Shown here in pieces: positions 1 through 11,132 of a stretch of 48,931 nt of DNA. The DNA lies in the NCBI RefSeq assembly GCF_001194135.2, contig NC_068990.1, forward strand, positions 65,613,384 to 65,662,314, written 5' to 3'. The stretch is from Octopus bimaculoides. Lineage: Eukaryota. The number at the start of each line of letters is the position of its first letter. Positions within the stretch are counted from its first letter, which is position 1. The notes below the pieces were generated by a model, which had not been told where the DNA came from, did no database searches, and worked only from the letters and a program-made list of their open reading frames with translations. A program made the position numbers and the translations under genes.

Positions 1-114
1 AGACTTTACCGGTGAGTGTGTTAAATAATAAGGCACTAAAGTGTTTTCCAATAAATACACGGTTACTAATCCCGTTTCTTCATTCTTACAAACAACATTT
101 TATTTAATTTTATT

Positions 115-281
115 TTTGCTTCATTCACTGAATTGCAGCCATGCTGGGACACCACCTTGAACGGTTTAGTCGAACAAATGGATCCCTGTACTAATTTTTA
201 AGTCTGGTACTTGTTCTGTCTTTCTTTGTTGCCAAACCGCTAAGTTACAAGGACGTAAACAAACCCGCACCAGTTATCAAA
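115..281 (-). mobile_element. SINE family B (my label), degenerate 3' half
   Basis: Shares gcagccatgctgg-cacc...tttagtcgaacaaat...ggtactt with 1870-1992; ccgctaagttacaaggacgtaaacaaacc is the reverse complement of the 8655-8690 segment of the + strand copy. Confidence 0.7.
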
Positions 282-1027
282 GTAGGGTCCTTGGTTTTCG
301 CTCAGTCGAAACCTGGCCGACTGGGTGAAAGCCAGGAATCCTAACTATCAGACCATACAAGATATCAATTTATTAATCTATTTATTTATTTAAATATTTA
401 TTGACCTCTTGACCCCTTTTCCGATATCCTATTAGATACATAATCCAAGAATTAGTGTATTTTCCTCTCATTTCCTCTCTGTCTTGCCTTGCTGGTGTAT
501 CCAATCAATTTTTCGCCACTCTCAATCTCCCGCTACTTTTGGTCTATAATCCTACTTTACATATTCGATTCTACTTGGAATATTTCTTCAGAAAGCTGAC
601 TGAAGATCAAATATGCAGAATTAGAGTTTTACTGCTTATACGGTGGGTAACTTTATAAGTATACTTTTACCACCATGGGTAATATCAAGAAATATGTCAT
701 ACATTCAATTATTATAATTTAATTTTTATCAAATATCTTGGTACATATACAAAATAATAAAATAAATACCAATTTTCATGAGAAAATTATTTATTACTTT
801 AAAGTAAGATTATATAAAACAAATTTTTTATTTGTATATTTGCAATAAACATTCGTTATTTTTCTTAAATTTCTCAACACAATCGTAGTCTACTCCTTTA
901 AAAACCTATTTCTGCAAAATTTCATTAAAAAACTATATTTTTTCTAAAAGTTATGAGACATCTACCATCCGCAACTCTCTCTTTTTCTTTCTTTTGCTCT
1001 CTGTCTCCCAATTTCTTTTATGATGTA

Positions 1028-1131
1028 AAGCAAGCAAGCAACCGACCAACCAATGACCGAATGACCGACCAACCAACCAACCAACCAACCAACTAACCAA
1101 CCAACCAATCAATCAATCAATCAACCAACCA
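1028..1131. repeat. Compound (GCAA)/(CAAC)n/(CAAT)n tetranucleotide microsatellite
   Basis: Directly visible. Confidence 0.9.
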
Positions 1132-1469
1132 ACATTTATGTAGAGATACCCACCTCTCTTCTCTTAATACAAAATACCAGTTATTTCTTCTAATAAAGTT
1201 CCTAAATATGTCACTAATTTAACATTACATTCGTCAAAATATCATTTATCGATTTGACGAGCAATTTAATTTTTTTCAAATCACTTCAGACAATATATCT
1301 CTGACATCTTTATATTTTTCCCATCTCAGTTCTTATACAGCTTGCCGCAAAAATACTAATCAAGTATTCACGTCCGTGTCTATGAACGGAAGAGAGATAA
1401 TGGTTACTCTTCCAGCTGTATCAATTGTTTTGAAAAGTTACAAGAATAAAATAAAAACATCTCTTGTCC

Positions 1470-1597
<128 letters not shown>

Positions 1598-1869
1598 GCC
1601 CCCTTCCCGTATGAATTAATTCATTAATTGATATTACATTCTTTATTCACCTGATACTTTATATTGGAGCATAATTATATGGAAGTCTATCAATTGGTTA
1701 TTAATTTCACTATGCCTAAACGAAATCATAATATATACATACATACATGCATACATAAACACACACACACACGCATATATATATGCATATATACATATAT
1801 ATTATGTAGCATGTATGCTTGTATGTATGTATGTATGTATGTATATATATATATATATATATATATACA

Positions 1870-1992
1870 CTCTTTTACTCTTTTATTTGTTTCAGTCATT
1901 TGACTGCGGCCATGCTGGAGCACCACTTTTAGTCGAACAAATCACCCCCAGAACTTATTCTTCGTAAGCCTAGTACTTATTCTATCGGTCTC
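1870..1992 (-). mobile_element. SINE family B, 3' end, 5'-truncated, between (TA)n tracts
   Basis: tcttttactcttttatttgtttcagtcatttgactgcggccatgctggagcacc...agtacttattctatcggtctc; homologous to 115-281. Confidence 0.8.
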
Positions 1993-2006
1993 ATATATAT
2001 ATATAC

Positions 2007-2059
<53 letters not shown>

Positions 2060-2159
2060 TACTATCCAAAAGTTTAAGATCAGCTAAACTTATTTTGAAA
2101 AAAAAGAAAAATTACAAAATGAAAATAACTGAGGGATTCTGGTGAAATATCTTATTAAA

Positions 2160-2282
2160 GTCATTCCCTTGGAACAACGGTCCTATTCTATATTGAATTG
2201 TGGCTGTTTCCTTTGCGAATTTATAGAAAGCTTTGGGATTAGTTTTTATGCTTTCCACAACTCTTTTCTCTCTCTCTCTGCT
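2160..2282 (-). mobile_element. Short CR1/L2/Jockey-type LINE ORF2 fragment (endonuclease-RT linker)
   Basis: Minus translation EREKRVVESIKTNPKAFYKFAKETATIQYRIGPL fits the IKxNPKxFYKY...IGPL linker motif of APE-type LINEs. Confidence 0.65.
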
Positions 2283-3720
2283 CTTCGCAGCCATGTCAAC
2301 CAAATATTGCTGAAATGAACGACCGCCTCTAAGAAGTTGGCTGAATTCATTCTCATGGTTCGATAGGCATAGTAGCGCATTAACTACTACTAGCGTCAAC
2401 TTCTTGTTGTTACTCATTAACAACTAATGATGCAATCTGTCACCACCAAAAGGAAAATTAGAACATGCTGCAGACTATCGTAGAACTGAGGGGATTCTGA
2501 GATTATTTGCAGTTGTGATTTTGCTTAAAGTTCGGTGCTGTATTTTATAATAATGGCAACTTCGTTTGCAGTTTGTGCACTGAATCTTCTGTCATGTTCT
2601 ATAGCTGGTCTCTGATCAGGATCAATTACAATTGAAGCTTCGGGATTATTTTAATTTGTTCTTTAGCCATTCGAAATGACGCAACGTGGGGGTTATATTA
2701 TCTAAGTATAATTTCCAATAATTCCACTATGTCGCGCTGAATGCCATCGTTATGGAGTATCCTCATCCTGAAAGCAACACTATCCTGAGGATCTAGGAAG
2801 TAAATTTGAAGAAATTGGGCTGTTCGTTGGGATTAGGAGTTAAGAATCCGATGTAATGATGAATTTGACCGTGAATAACGATAGGATTCCATCCAATCCT
2901 TGAGGAACAAACTTCTTCAGCCCCCAAATATGTCATTTAGAACAGGCATTTGTATCGTCTGAGGTTTTTCCTGAACTCGTTTGCCCTAGGCTGATCATTA
3001 TTAAATGAATTGTGAAGTTCCTGGGGTAAAGGGTGCAGATTCCTCAACCTGACTTTTCCATTCATACAACAAAAGTTGTATGAATGGAAGAAGCATTGCA
3101 TGATAACAGACACAGCTCTTATTTATCTGTCCAATATCAGCAGAGAGGTCACGTCGTTGAACTGTCCTTGCCCTATTCCTGATGGTTTGTTGGCAAAAAC
3201 GTTCAGCTCTCCGAGTATCCGTTTCATGATCTCCCATACTTCTGTCTCTTTCCTTCTGTTCCGCCAGACGCTCAGCTCTCTGAGCATGTGATTCATGATC
3301 TCTCCTGCTTCTGTCTTTCTCCCTCAGTTCTGCACTCCGAGCATCCGATTCATTATTTTTCTTGCTTCTGTCTCTTTCCTTCTGTTCCGCCAGACGCTAA
3401 GCTGTCCGAGCATCCGATTATAATGTCATCTAGTTTTGTCTTTTTACCTCTGTTTCGCTAGACGCTCAGCTCTTCGAGCATCCGATTCATGATGTTATCT
3501 AGTTTTGTCTCTTTACCTCTGTTTCGCTAGACGCTCAGCTCTTCGAGCATCAGATTCATGATCTTTCCTGCTTCTGTCTCTTTCCCTCTGTTCCACCAGA
3601 CGCCCAGCCCTTGCTTTTTTCAGTCTTATCGATCCTTCTATTCGCATGCCTGTCTCAATCTTGTTGGCATCCACCACTATCTTGCTGACCTTCTTTGACT
3701 CCCCTTAGCCGCACTCTCTT
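2283..3720 (-). mobile_element. Helitron Rep/Hel N-terminal pseudogene fragment (STPR-like repeats, Cys cluster, Helitron_like_N region)
   Basis: Minus translation across frameshifts/stops: FCCMNGKVRL..LHPLPQEL...FRKNLRRY; IHGQIHHYIGFL; FLQIYFLD; YNPHVASFRMAKE; EHDRRFSAQTANEVAII; YDSLQHVLIF; ENEFSQLLRGGRSFQQYLVDMAAK. These are conserved Helitron N-terminal blocks in the expected order. Confidence 0.9.
3205..3610 (-). repeat. About 6 tandem 69-bp units encoding a 23-aa STPR-like repeat
   Basis: Unit markers at 3223, 3292, 3349, 3418, 3486, 3555 (spacings 69,57,69,68,69); unit reads approximately HESDARRAERLAEQKERDRSRRD on the minus strand. Confidence 0.85.
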
Positions 3721-3829
3721 CCTACTACCTATAAACCAGATGTTTTCTGTTTTCCTTATTGTGGCCTGATGTAAGAATATGAAATCGTATTCACATGAGA
3801 AAAAATTCTTTATTACCTCAAGAAATAAT

Positions 3830-4550
3830 ATTTTTTAAATCATCACTGAAAAATATTTGTAAATAATGAAAATATTGTCTGTTTAAAGAAATCTATATAT
3901 AAATATTTACTCTACAAACAACTCGTATTTTTCAAAATACTTTTTAATAATTAAAACATTGACTGTTTAAAGAAATCTCAAAAATATATACTCACTGTAC
4001 AAACAGTTTGTAATTTTTAAGTCATTTTCACTTAAAAATGTCTTCTTGATATGTAAAAAAAAAAAAAAATTAACGGTATTCACTTGAAAATAATAAAAAA
4101 AAATTAAAACATTGTCTGTTTAAAGAAAGCTTGAAAATATTGTCTGTTTAAAGAAATCTATATATAAATATTTACTCTACAAACAACTCGTATTTTTCAA
4201 ATCATATTCATTTAAAACTACTTTTTAATAATTAAAATATTGTCTGTTTTAAGAAAGCTGAAATATAAATATTCACTGTACAAACATTTGTGTTTTTTAA
4301 GTCATTTTCACTGGGAAATATTTTTCAAAAATGCCCAAAGAAAGTTTTTTAATGGTATTCGCTTGAAAATTTTGTAAAATATAAAATATTTTCTGTTTAA
4401 AGAAAACCAAAATATAAACAGTTACTGTAGAAACAACTTGTATTTTTGAAATCACATTCACTTAAAAATATTTCTAAATGATTAAAATATTGTGTTTAAC
4501 AAAAGCGAAAATAGAAGCATTTACTGTAAAAACAACTCGTATTTTTTCGT
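3830..4550. repeat. AT-rich degenerate minisatellite (roughly 85-100 bp subunits) with a higher-order duplication
   Basis: Motif attgtctgtttaaagaaa...tactgtacaaac recurs about 7 times; 3867-3935 is essentially identical to 4132-4201. Confidence 0.8.
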
Positions 4551-5887
4551 TCGCAAGTTGAAGTCAGTAAGACTTTTGCCCCGGTCGTGAAGTTTGTCTT
4601 CAAAATACAAAAGATATTGATCATAATGCCTGTAATCGAAAGGTTAGAATTTCTTCCCTTTCAGAGTTATGTTATTTTGGGAATATTTTCCCATCATGCG
4701 GTAGTTTGGCTGTATTAAGTGATAGACAAGCAAACAAGCAATTAGAGTTACACACGCGCACACACGCGCACACGCGCACACGCACACACACACACGCACA
4801 CACAAACACACACACACACACACACACATTTGTATATATATATATATANNNNNNNNNNNNNNNNNNNNNNNNNNNNNNNNNNNNNNNNNNNNNNNNNNNN
4901 NNNNNNNNNNNNNNNNNNNNNNNNNNNNNNNNNNNNNNNNNNNNNNNNNNNNNNNNNNNNNNNNNNNNNNNNNNNATATATATATTGGTCATTTTGTCAT
5001 CACTGTTTGACTTTGCTAATATTTCCGTTTGTCATTAGTTTTGATTCTTCTATCATATTTTTTCTCGGTTTTCCAGAATAATCTCTCATCGCCCGTTAAT
5101 TTTGTAATTAACATCATGCTTTGCTAAAATTGGTTATCAAAATTTAGAATACGGGACATAATTGCAAAATCGGCAAACAGAGACAGGCATCGAATTGGCC
5201 AATGAAAAGTGATAAATAAGAAATGAAGCGGCATGGAATCATAACGAATGACAACCTGACATAACTGCTGTCGAAACGAAGGTATTTAGTGTTACTGCCG
5301 TTGGTGGAGTTGATGCTTCAATAAATGCAAGTTGTTTACTGCTTCCAAAAACAGGATGTAGATTGCTGGAGCAAATATACTGCTCGTCTAAAAATGAGAG
5401 TAGTTCTACCATGGCACTACGAACGACGTCATCTTGTGTATTAATGCTTGTTTACTACCTCTTAAAACTTCATGATAAGACCCTTACTTTGAACATGAGC
5501 TTGATACATTCGATTATCAGAATTTAGAGCGAACTTCTACGGTCATTGCGGCCGACGAGATACAAGCATTCAAAAGCTGATTGCACAGACGTTTGTTGTC
5601 ATTCACGCTATAAAAAATTCTGCAATTTAATGATTGGCCAATTAGAAACCTACTTCAATGATTATTGTTCATAAATGATTGACATAAATACAGACTAGCG
5701 CACACTCACACGTGCAAAATACAGATGTACCATATATTATGCGCATATATACAAATACAATGAATCGTACTAGCACCATTTATTCATCACTTACATTTCG
5801 TCTATTGATGAAATATTTTGGTTTACCTCCTTGAATATGCAAGCAGTTTGAATACTGATTCATATTAAGTCATACAATTAATACACT

Positions 5888-6097
5888 TTTTACAATAGGC
5901 ACAAGATCTGAAACTCGGCGAGTGGGGCCAGTCGAATACATTGACCGCAATACTTGACTGGTACTCCTTTTATCGACTCCGTAAAAATGAAAGGCAAGGT
6001 CAACCTCGGTGGGATTTGAACTCAGGGCGTAAAGTTCGACGAAAATGCTCAAAGTGTTTTGTCCGGTATGCTAATCATTGTGCCAGGTCGCCGCCTT
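5888..6097 (-). mobile_element. SINE family A, diverged full-length copy
   Basis: Ends gccaggtcgccgcctt; core atgaaaggcaaggtcaacctcggtgggatttgaactcag shared with 35975-36207. Confidence 0.85.
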
Positions 6098-6404
6098 TTG
6101 TAAAGTTAATATAAAAACACTCCAGGATAATTCCTGGTATGGTTTTTCCTTGGTCATATGAAAATAAAGAGCGTGGGAATATTGTTTCGTTTGAATTTAT
6201 ACGCAAAACCAGTGATTGTAACCTATCGCCCGTCCAAAAGAGACCAGCCCTTTTACACGCGCCTATTTTAATACAGACATTCTTTAAGACATTGTGATAC
6301 AACCATTTAGCCTTTCAGTTCACTTTTCAAGGAAATGGAACTGAATCCTAAACAAGCTCGAGACGATCTTTATACGCCCTCCATCTTTAGATGGACAAGT
6401 ATCG

Positions 6405-6592
6405 AGCCTACGTGTGAACCTCTAAGTGGTTGTCCATCCTGCTAGAAATAGTACACTCTTCTTCCAACCACTCGCTACCGCCTTAAAATAAAGACGGCTG
6501 CACTGAGACATGCAGTCCTAGATGTACAAAAGGTTGGGTTTTCACGGCTGGAAAGCCGGTTGCTTAAGACAACTGAACTTAAACAACAGCAA
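6405..6592 (+). mobile_element. SINE-like repeat family E, 3' part
   Basis: cctgctagaaatag core and aaacaaca-type tail shared with 12295-12365 (minus) and 16490-16615. Confidence 0.5.
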
Positions 6593-6805
6593 ATCGAAGC
6601 GTATTATAAACCGAATAGTATGAGAAGCTGCAGTCCTTCTACCTATTATGTGATTGCATAACGTTACCGTTGCAGTATTAGGTCTTTGGGACCAGGCGTA
6701 GGACTTCTCATTCTATTCCAACCAATGAATGAAAGAGTAAATGAATGAATGAATGGGCGAATAAATAAATAAATAATTTCAATTATTGATATTAATATCT
6801 TCATA

Positions 6806-7023
6806 AAAGTGGCGGGCCGGGAGATCTGTTAGCTCGCCGGGTAAAATGCTTAGGATCATTTCGTCCGTCTTTACATTCTGAGTTCAAATTCCGCCGAAGT
6901 TGACTTTACCTTTCATCCTTTCTCGGCTGATAAAATGAGTACCAGCTGGGCACTTAGGTCGATGTAATCGATTTAGCCTCTTTCCTAAAACTGCTGACCT
7001 TGTGCCAAAATTTGAAATCAATA
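6806..7023 (+). mobile_element. SINE family A
   Basis: ttctgagttcaaattccgccgaagttgactttacctttcatcc; B-box-like GTTCAAAT; colinear with the reverse complement of the minus copies. Confidence 0.85.
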
Positions 7024-7029
7024 TCAATA

Positions 7030-7385
7030 CCCTCATGGCTAAAGGTCGGCTACTTCATACACAACCACCTCTTTTTGCCAAATTCTGCGGCCTGGTGATG
7101 CAGCCGTGCACTCTACTAAGCTCTGTCTCGACCAATCCTTATTACTCTATGTTCATCTATGTCACCCGCGATCTCGTTTTCCGTGTTTCCACCTTACGAC
7201 AATGTAGACACAAAACGTCTAGGCTTCGATAACGTTACCAAAATATGGCAGATTTCGTCGTCTGACCATCGCCACCAATATTCATTCTACTCCTATCTAC
7301 TACCGTACTGAACTTTTCGTTCAACAGACCAACAAGCTGATCTGTAGCACTCGCCAGTTGCGCATCATTTCGAACGCTCTCTGTC
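7030..7385 (-). mobile_element. RTE-clade LINE, decayed 3' end of ORF2
   Basis: One minus frame with stops: RAFEMMRNWRVLQIS...IGVE*ILVAMVRRRNLPYFGNVI...GKRDRG...KDWSRQSLVEC...RRIWQK, matching the RTE C-terminal pattern AFEMWC.RR.L.ISW / RR.L.YFGHV / GKR.RGRP / W. Confidence 0.75.
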
Positions 7386-8184
7386 GCTTATTGTCACTCT
7401 CTCGTTTTAGAATCTGTGCTTTACACTCTTACAACGCTACTGGCCAGACTTACTTGTCGGTAATTCAAGTGAGAATGCTAGCAGAAAACAGTGACGGTGA
7501 CAGAGAGAATGATAGAAACGAGAAGATAGAAACGTTTAATTGTGTGGCCAACAGTACTGATATCGATGTCTCTCGTTTTAACTATGGTACATTCACTTTT
7601 TCAGGCAAAAAATAAATAGATAAATGAAATAAATAAATAAAAAAGTGAGAAACCACAGGACAAAACTTCAATAAAAGTAAAAAGAGAACATTTACATTGA
7701 GCATCGAAATAAACTACTGTTTGCTTATCTAGACATGTTTGGAATTATAACAGACAGGTCTTGGTTTTGTTCTTAAGTAATCATTTTACATTCGGGAAGT
7801 TTAGAGTTTAATTATATCGCCATTAAGTTGCTTAGCAACGAGTACTTATTCTAAGTTCAAAAACTTTAATTTAATTTGGCAGCTCAATCTTTCAAAAAAC
7901 CCACTGTACCTCAGATCTAAATATTTACAATTAGATTTTAAACTTGTTATAAAATATAATCATCACTAAATCTTATCTTATTTTATAGGATAAAATTTAA
8001 TATCGTGTATTTATTTATTAATATATATTTAAAGATACAAGTAAAAAGGGACTTTAAATTAATAGTAAATTGAATAAACTAATTGAATGGCTCAATAAAT
8101 AAATTTCCAACGGTATATTTAATCTGTGATATCTGGCTTTCTTTATGATATTTTTGATTTCGGGTTTTTACCAAGGAGCTGGAG

Positions 8185-8310
8185 TGAGTGGCGAATCAAT
8201 AGAGCGGTAAAAATACGGCTGAATTGCCTAGCAGTATTTAGTTTCTCAAATAAATGTTCCGATTTCAAATCCTAACAGAGTTCAATTCTGTTAGGATTTG
8301 AAATCGGAAC
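8185..8310 (+). mobile_element. Degenerate SINE A 5' part ending in a perfect 24-bp inverted duplication
   Basis: Weak similarity to the family A head; stem 8256-8279 pairs perfectly with 8287-8310. Confidence 0.5.
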
Positions 8311-8415
8311 GTCATTTCAAATTCATGTAAACATTTACTGGTAATAAAAATACGATCGATTTCATTGGCTACGGACACAGTGTGCTCTCTCGTGACCTTG
8401 TGGTAACACAGAGAC

Positions 8416-8705
8416 GCAAGCGTGGCTCTGTGGTAAGACGTTTTCTTCCCAATCACATGGTTCTGGATTTAGTTCCATCGCGTGAAAAATCCGGCGAGTG
8501 TTTTCTGGTATATTTCCGAGCTAACCAAAGCTTCGTGAGTGGATTTGATAGACAAAAAAGCCCATCGTCTATATATAATATATACGTATTACACACACAC
8601 GTGTGTGTGTGTGTCTCTGTGTTTAGCACCCATCACAGCCTGACAGCTACTCTTGGTTTGTTTACGTCCCTGTAATTTAGCGGTTCGGCAAAAAGAGAGC
8701 AATAG
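8416..8705 (+). mobile_element. SINE family B with tRNA-like head and internal TA/CA/GT microsatellite, 3'-truncated
   Basis: A-box-like gcgtggctctgtggtaag; degenerate B-box ggatttagttcc; downstream gtttacgtccctgtaatttagcggttcggcaaaaagaga matches the 115-281 copy. Confidence 0.8.
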
Positions 8706-9014
8706 TGAATTGGACGCTTTAGACTACAGGAATAAGTAAATGACTAGTCAGATCGCGGAACTCTATATAGGATACATGTATATTCATACTTACACATACA
8801 TACATATATATACATTCATAGATACATGCATACATACATGCATACACACATGCATACAAACATTCATGCATGCATGCAAGTATATAGACAAACATACAAA
8901 CACATAAAGATTATATTATACACATATACAGATACATATACTTACGTATATGTTTATACATGCATTCACGCATATATACATGCATACAGACATATACACA
9001 TAAAGATACATATA

Positions 9015-9509
9015 CGAGGTCTGATCAATAAGTGTCCGCACTGTTGCCATAGTAACAAAGCTAAAGCACGCAAAGTGAAGCCACTTAGGAAAGATTGACC
9101 TTGAACTCTGCTGTGCGTGCGCACTAAGTTTTATCGTTCTCACTCACTTCTACTGTTTATAGCAGTGCTTCGAAGGGACGTGCGTAGTGTGTGATCGTCG
9201 CATTGACCATGACAGAGAAAGATGTCATTGCGATACCTGCTCAGAGACCTACGCAAAGTTGCAGAAAGTGAATGGAGAAGAGTGCATGAGCCGCACACAG
9301 GTGTACAAGTGGTTCAGACGTGCCTAAGATTACTGAAAAGATGACAATTTTGACGAACGTTCTTGGAGACCTGCAACCAGCAAAACTGAGAAAAACATCG
9401 CAGACGTGCACAGCAGAGTTCAAGTTCAATCTGTGCCTAGTAGCTTTACTCTGCGTGCTTTAGCTTCCTTACTATAGCAACAATCCGGCTACTTATTGAT
9501 CAGAACTCG
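9015..9509 (+). mobile_element. Non-autonomous mariner deletion derivative with about 104-bp TIRs and TA target duplication
   Basis: TA at 9013-14 and 9510-11; 9015-9118 and 9406-9509 are inverted (about 85% identical by eye); interior encodes SETYAKLQKVNGEECMSRTQVYKWFRR...DERSWRPATSKTEKNIADV (mariner HTH). Confidence 0.9.
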
Positions 9510-9513
9510 TATA

Positions 9514-9560
<47 letters not shown>

Positions 9561-10215
9561 NNNNNNNNNNNNNNNNNNNNNNNNNNNNNNNNNNNNNNNN
9601 NNNNNNNNNNNNNNNNNNNNNNNNNNNNNNNNNNNNNNNNNNNNNNNNNNNNNNNNNNNNNNNNNNNNNNNNNNNNNNNNNNNNNNNNNNNNNNNNNNNN
9701 NNNNNNNNNNNNNNNNNNNNNNNNNNNNNNNNNNNNNNNNNNNNNNNNNNNNNNNNNNNNNNNNNNNNNNNNNNNNNNNNNNNNNNNNNNNNNNNNNNNN
9801 NNNNNNNNNNNNNNNNNNNNNNNNNNNNNNNNNNNNNNNNNNNNNNNNNNNNNNNNNNNNNNNNNNNNNNNNNNNNNNNNNNNNNNNNNNNNNNNNNNNN
9901 NNNNNNNNNNNNNNNNNNNNNNNNNNNNNNNNNNNNNNNNNNNNNNNNNNNNNNNNNNNNNNNNNNNNNNNNNNNNNNNNNNNNNNNNNNNNNNNNNNNN
10001 NNNNNNNNNNNNNNNNNNNNNNNNNNNNNNNNNNNNNNNNNNNNNNNNNNNNNNNNNNNNNNNNNNNNNNNNNNNNNNNNNNNNNNNNNNNNNNNNNNNN
10101 NNNNNNNNNNNNNNNNNNNNNNNNNNNNNNNNNNNNNNNNNNNNNNNNNNNNNNNNNNNNNNNNNNNNNNNNNNNNNNNNNNNNNNNNNNNNNNNNNNNN
10201 NNNNNNNNNNNNNNN

Positions 10216-10916
<701 letters not shown>

Positions 10917-10983
10917 ATATATATGTTATGTATGTGTGTATGTGTATGTACACACACACATACGCACACACACACACGCACAC

Positions 10984-11121
10984 ATATATTTGAAAGAATG
11001 AGTAGAGATAGCTTTTTTGAGGGCATAATTTTTATTTCAATCTTAGTAAACATTATTATCACGATTAAAATAAAAATTATCCCCTCAAAAAAGCCATCTA
11101 TGTTCATTCTTTCAGATATAT
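10984..11121. mobile_element. 138-bp hairpin (59-bp arms, 20-nt loop), probable MITE
   Basis: 10984-11042 vs reverse complement of 11063-11121: 7 mismatches, no gaps; ATATAT at both ends. Confidence 0.65.
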
Positions 11122-11132
11122 TATAATTACAT

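Noticed and set aside
400-650. Possible RTE remnant on the minus strand (also 27150-27500 on plus)
   Set aside because: Only scattered residues match after several assumed frameshifts.
880-1150. Helentron-associated (HINE/DINE-1-like) end, also 4690-4760 and 44620-44700
   Set aside because: The aaatttcat...agttatgag...(caac)n layout is suggestive, but I could not find subterminal inverted repeats or the 3' stem-loop.
3205-3610. Regularly spaced repeats as a CRISPR array
   Set aside because: Contiguous 69-bp units without unique spacers, in frame with a Helitron ORF, in eukaryotic DNA.
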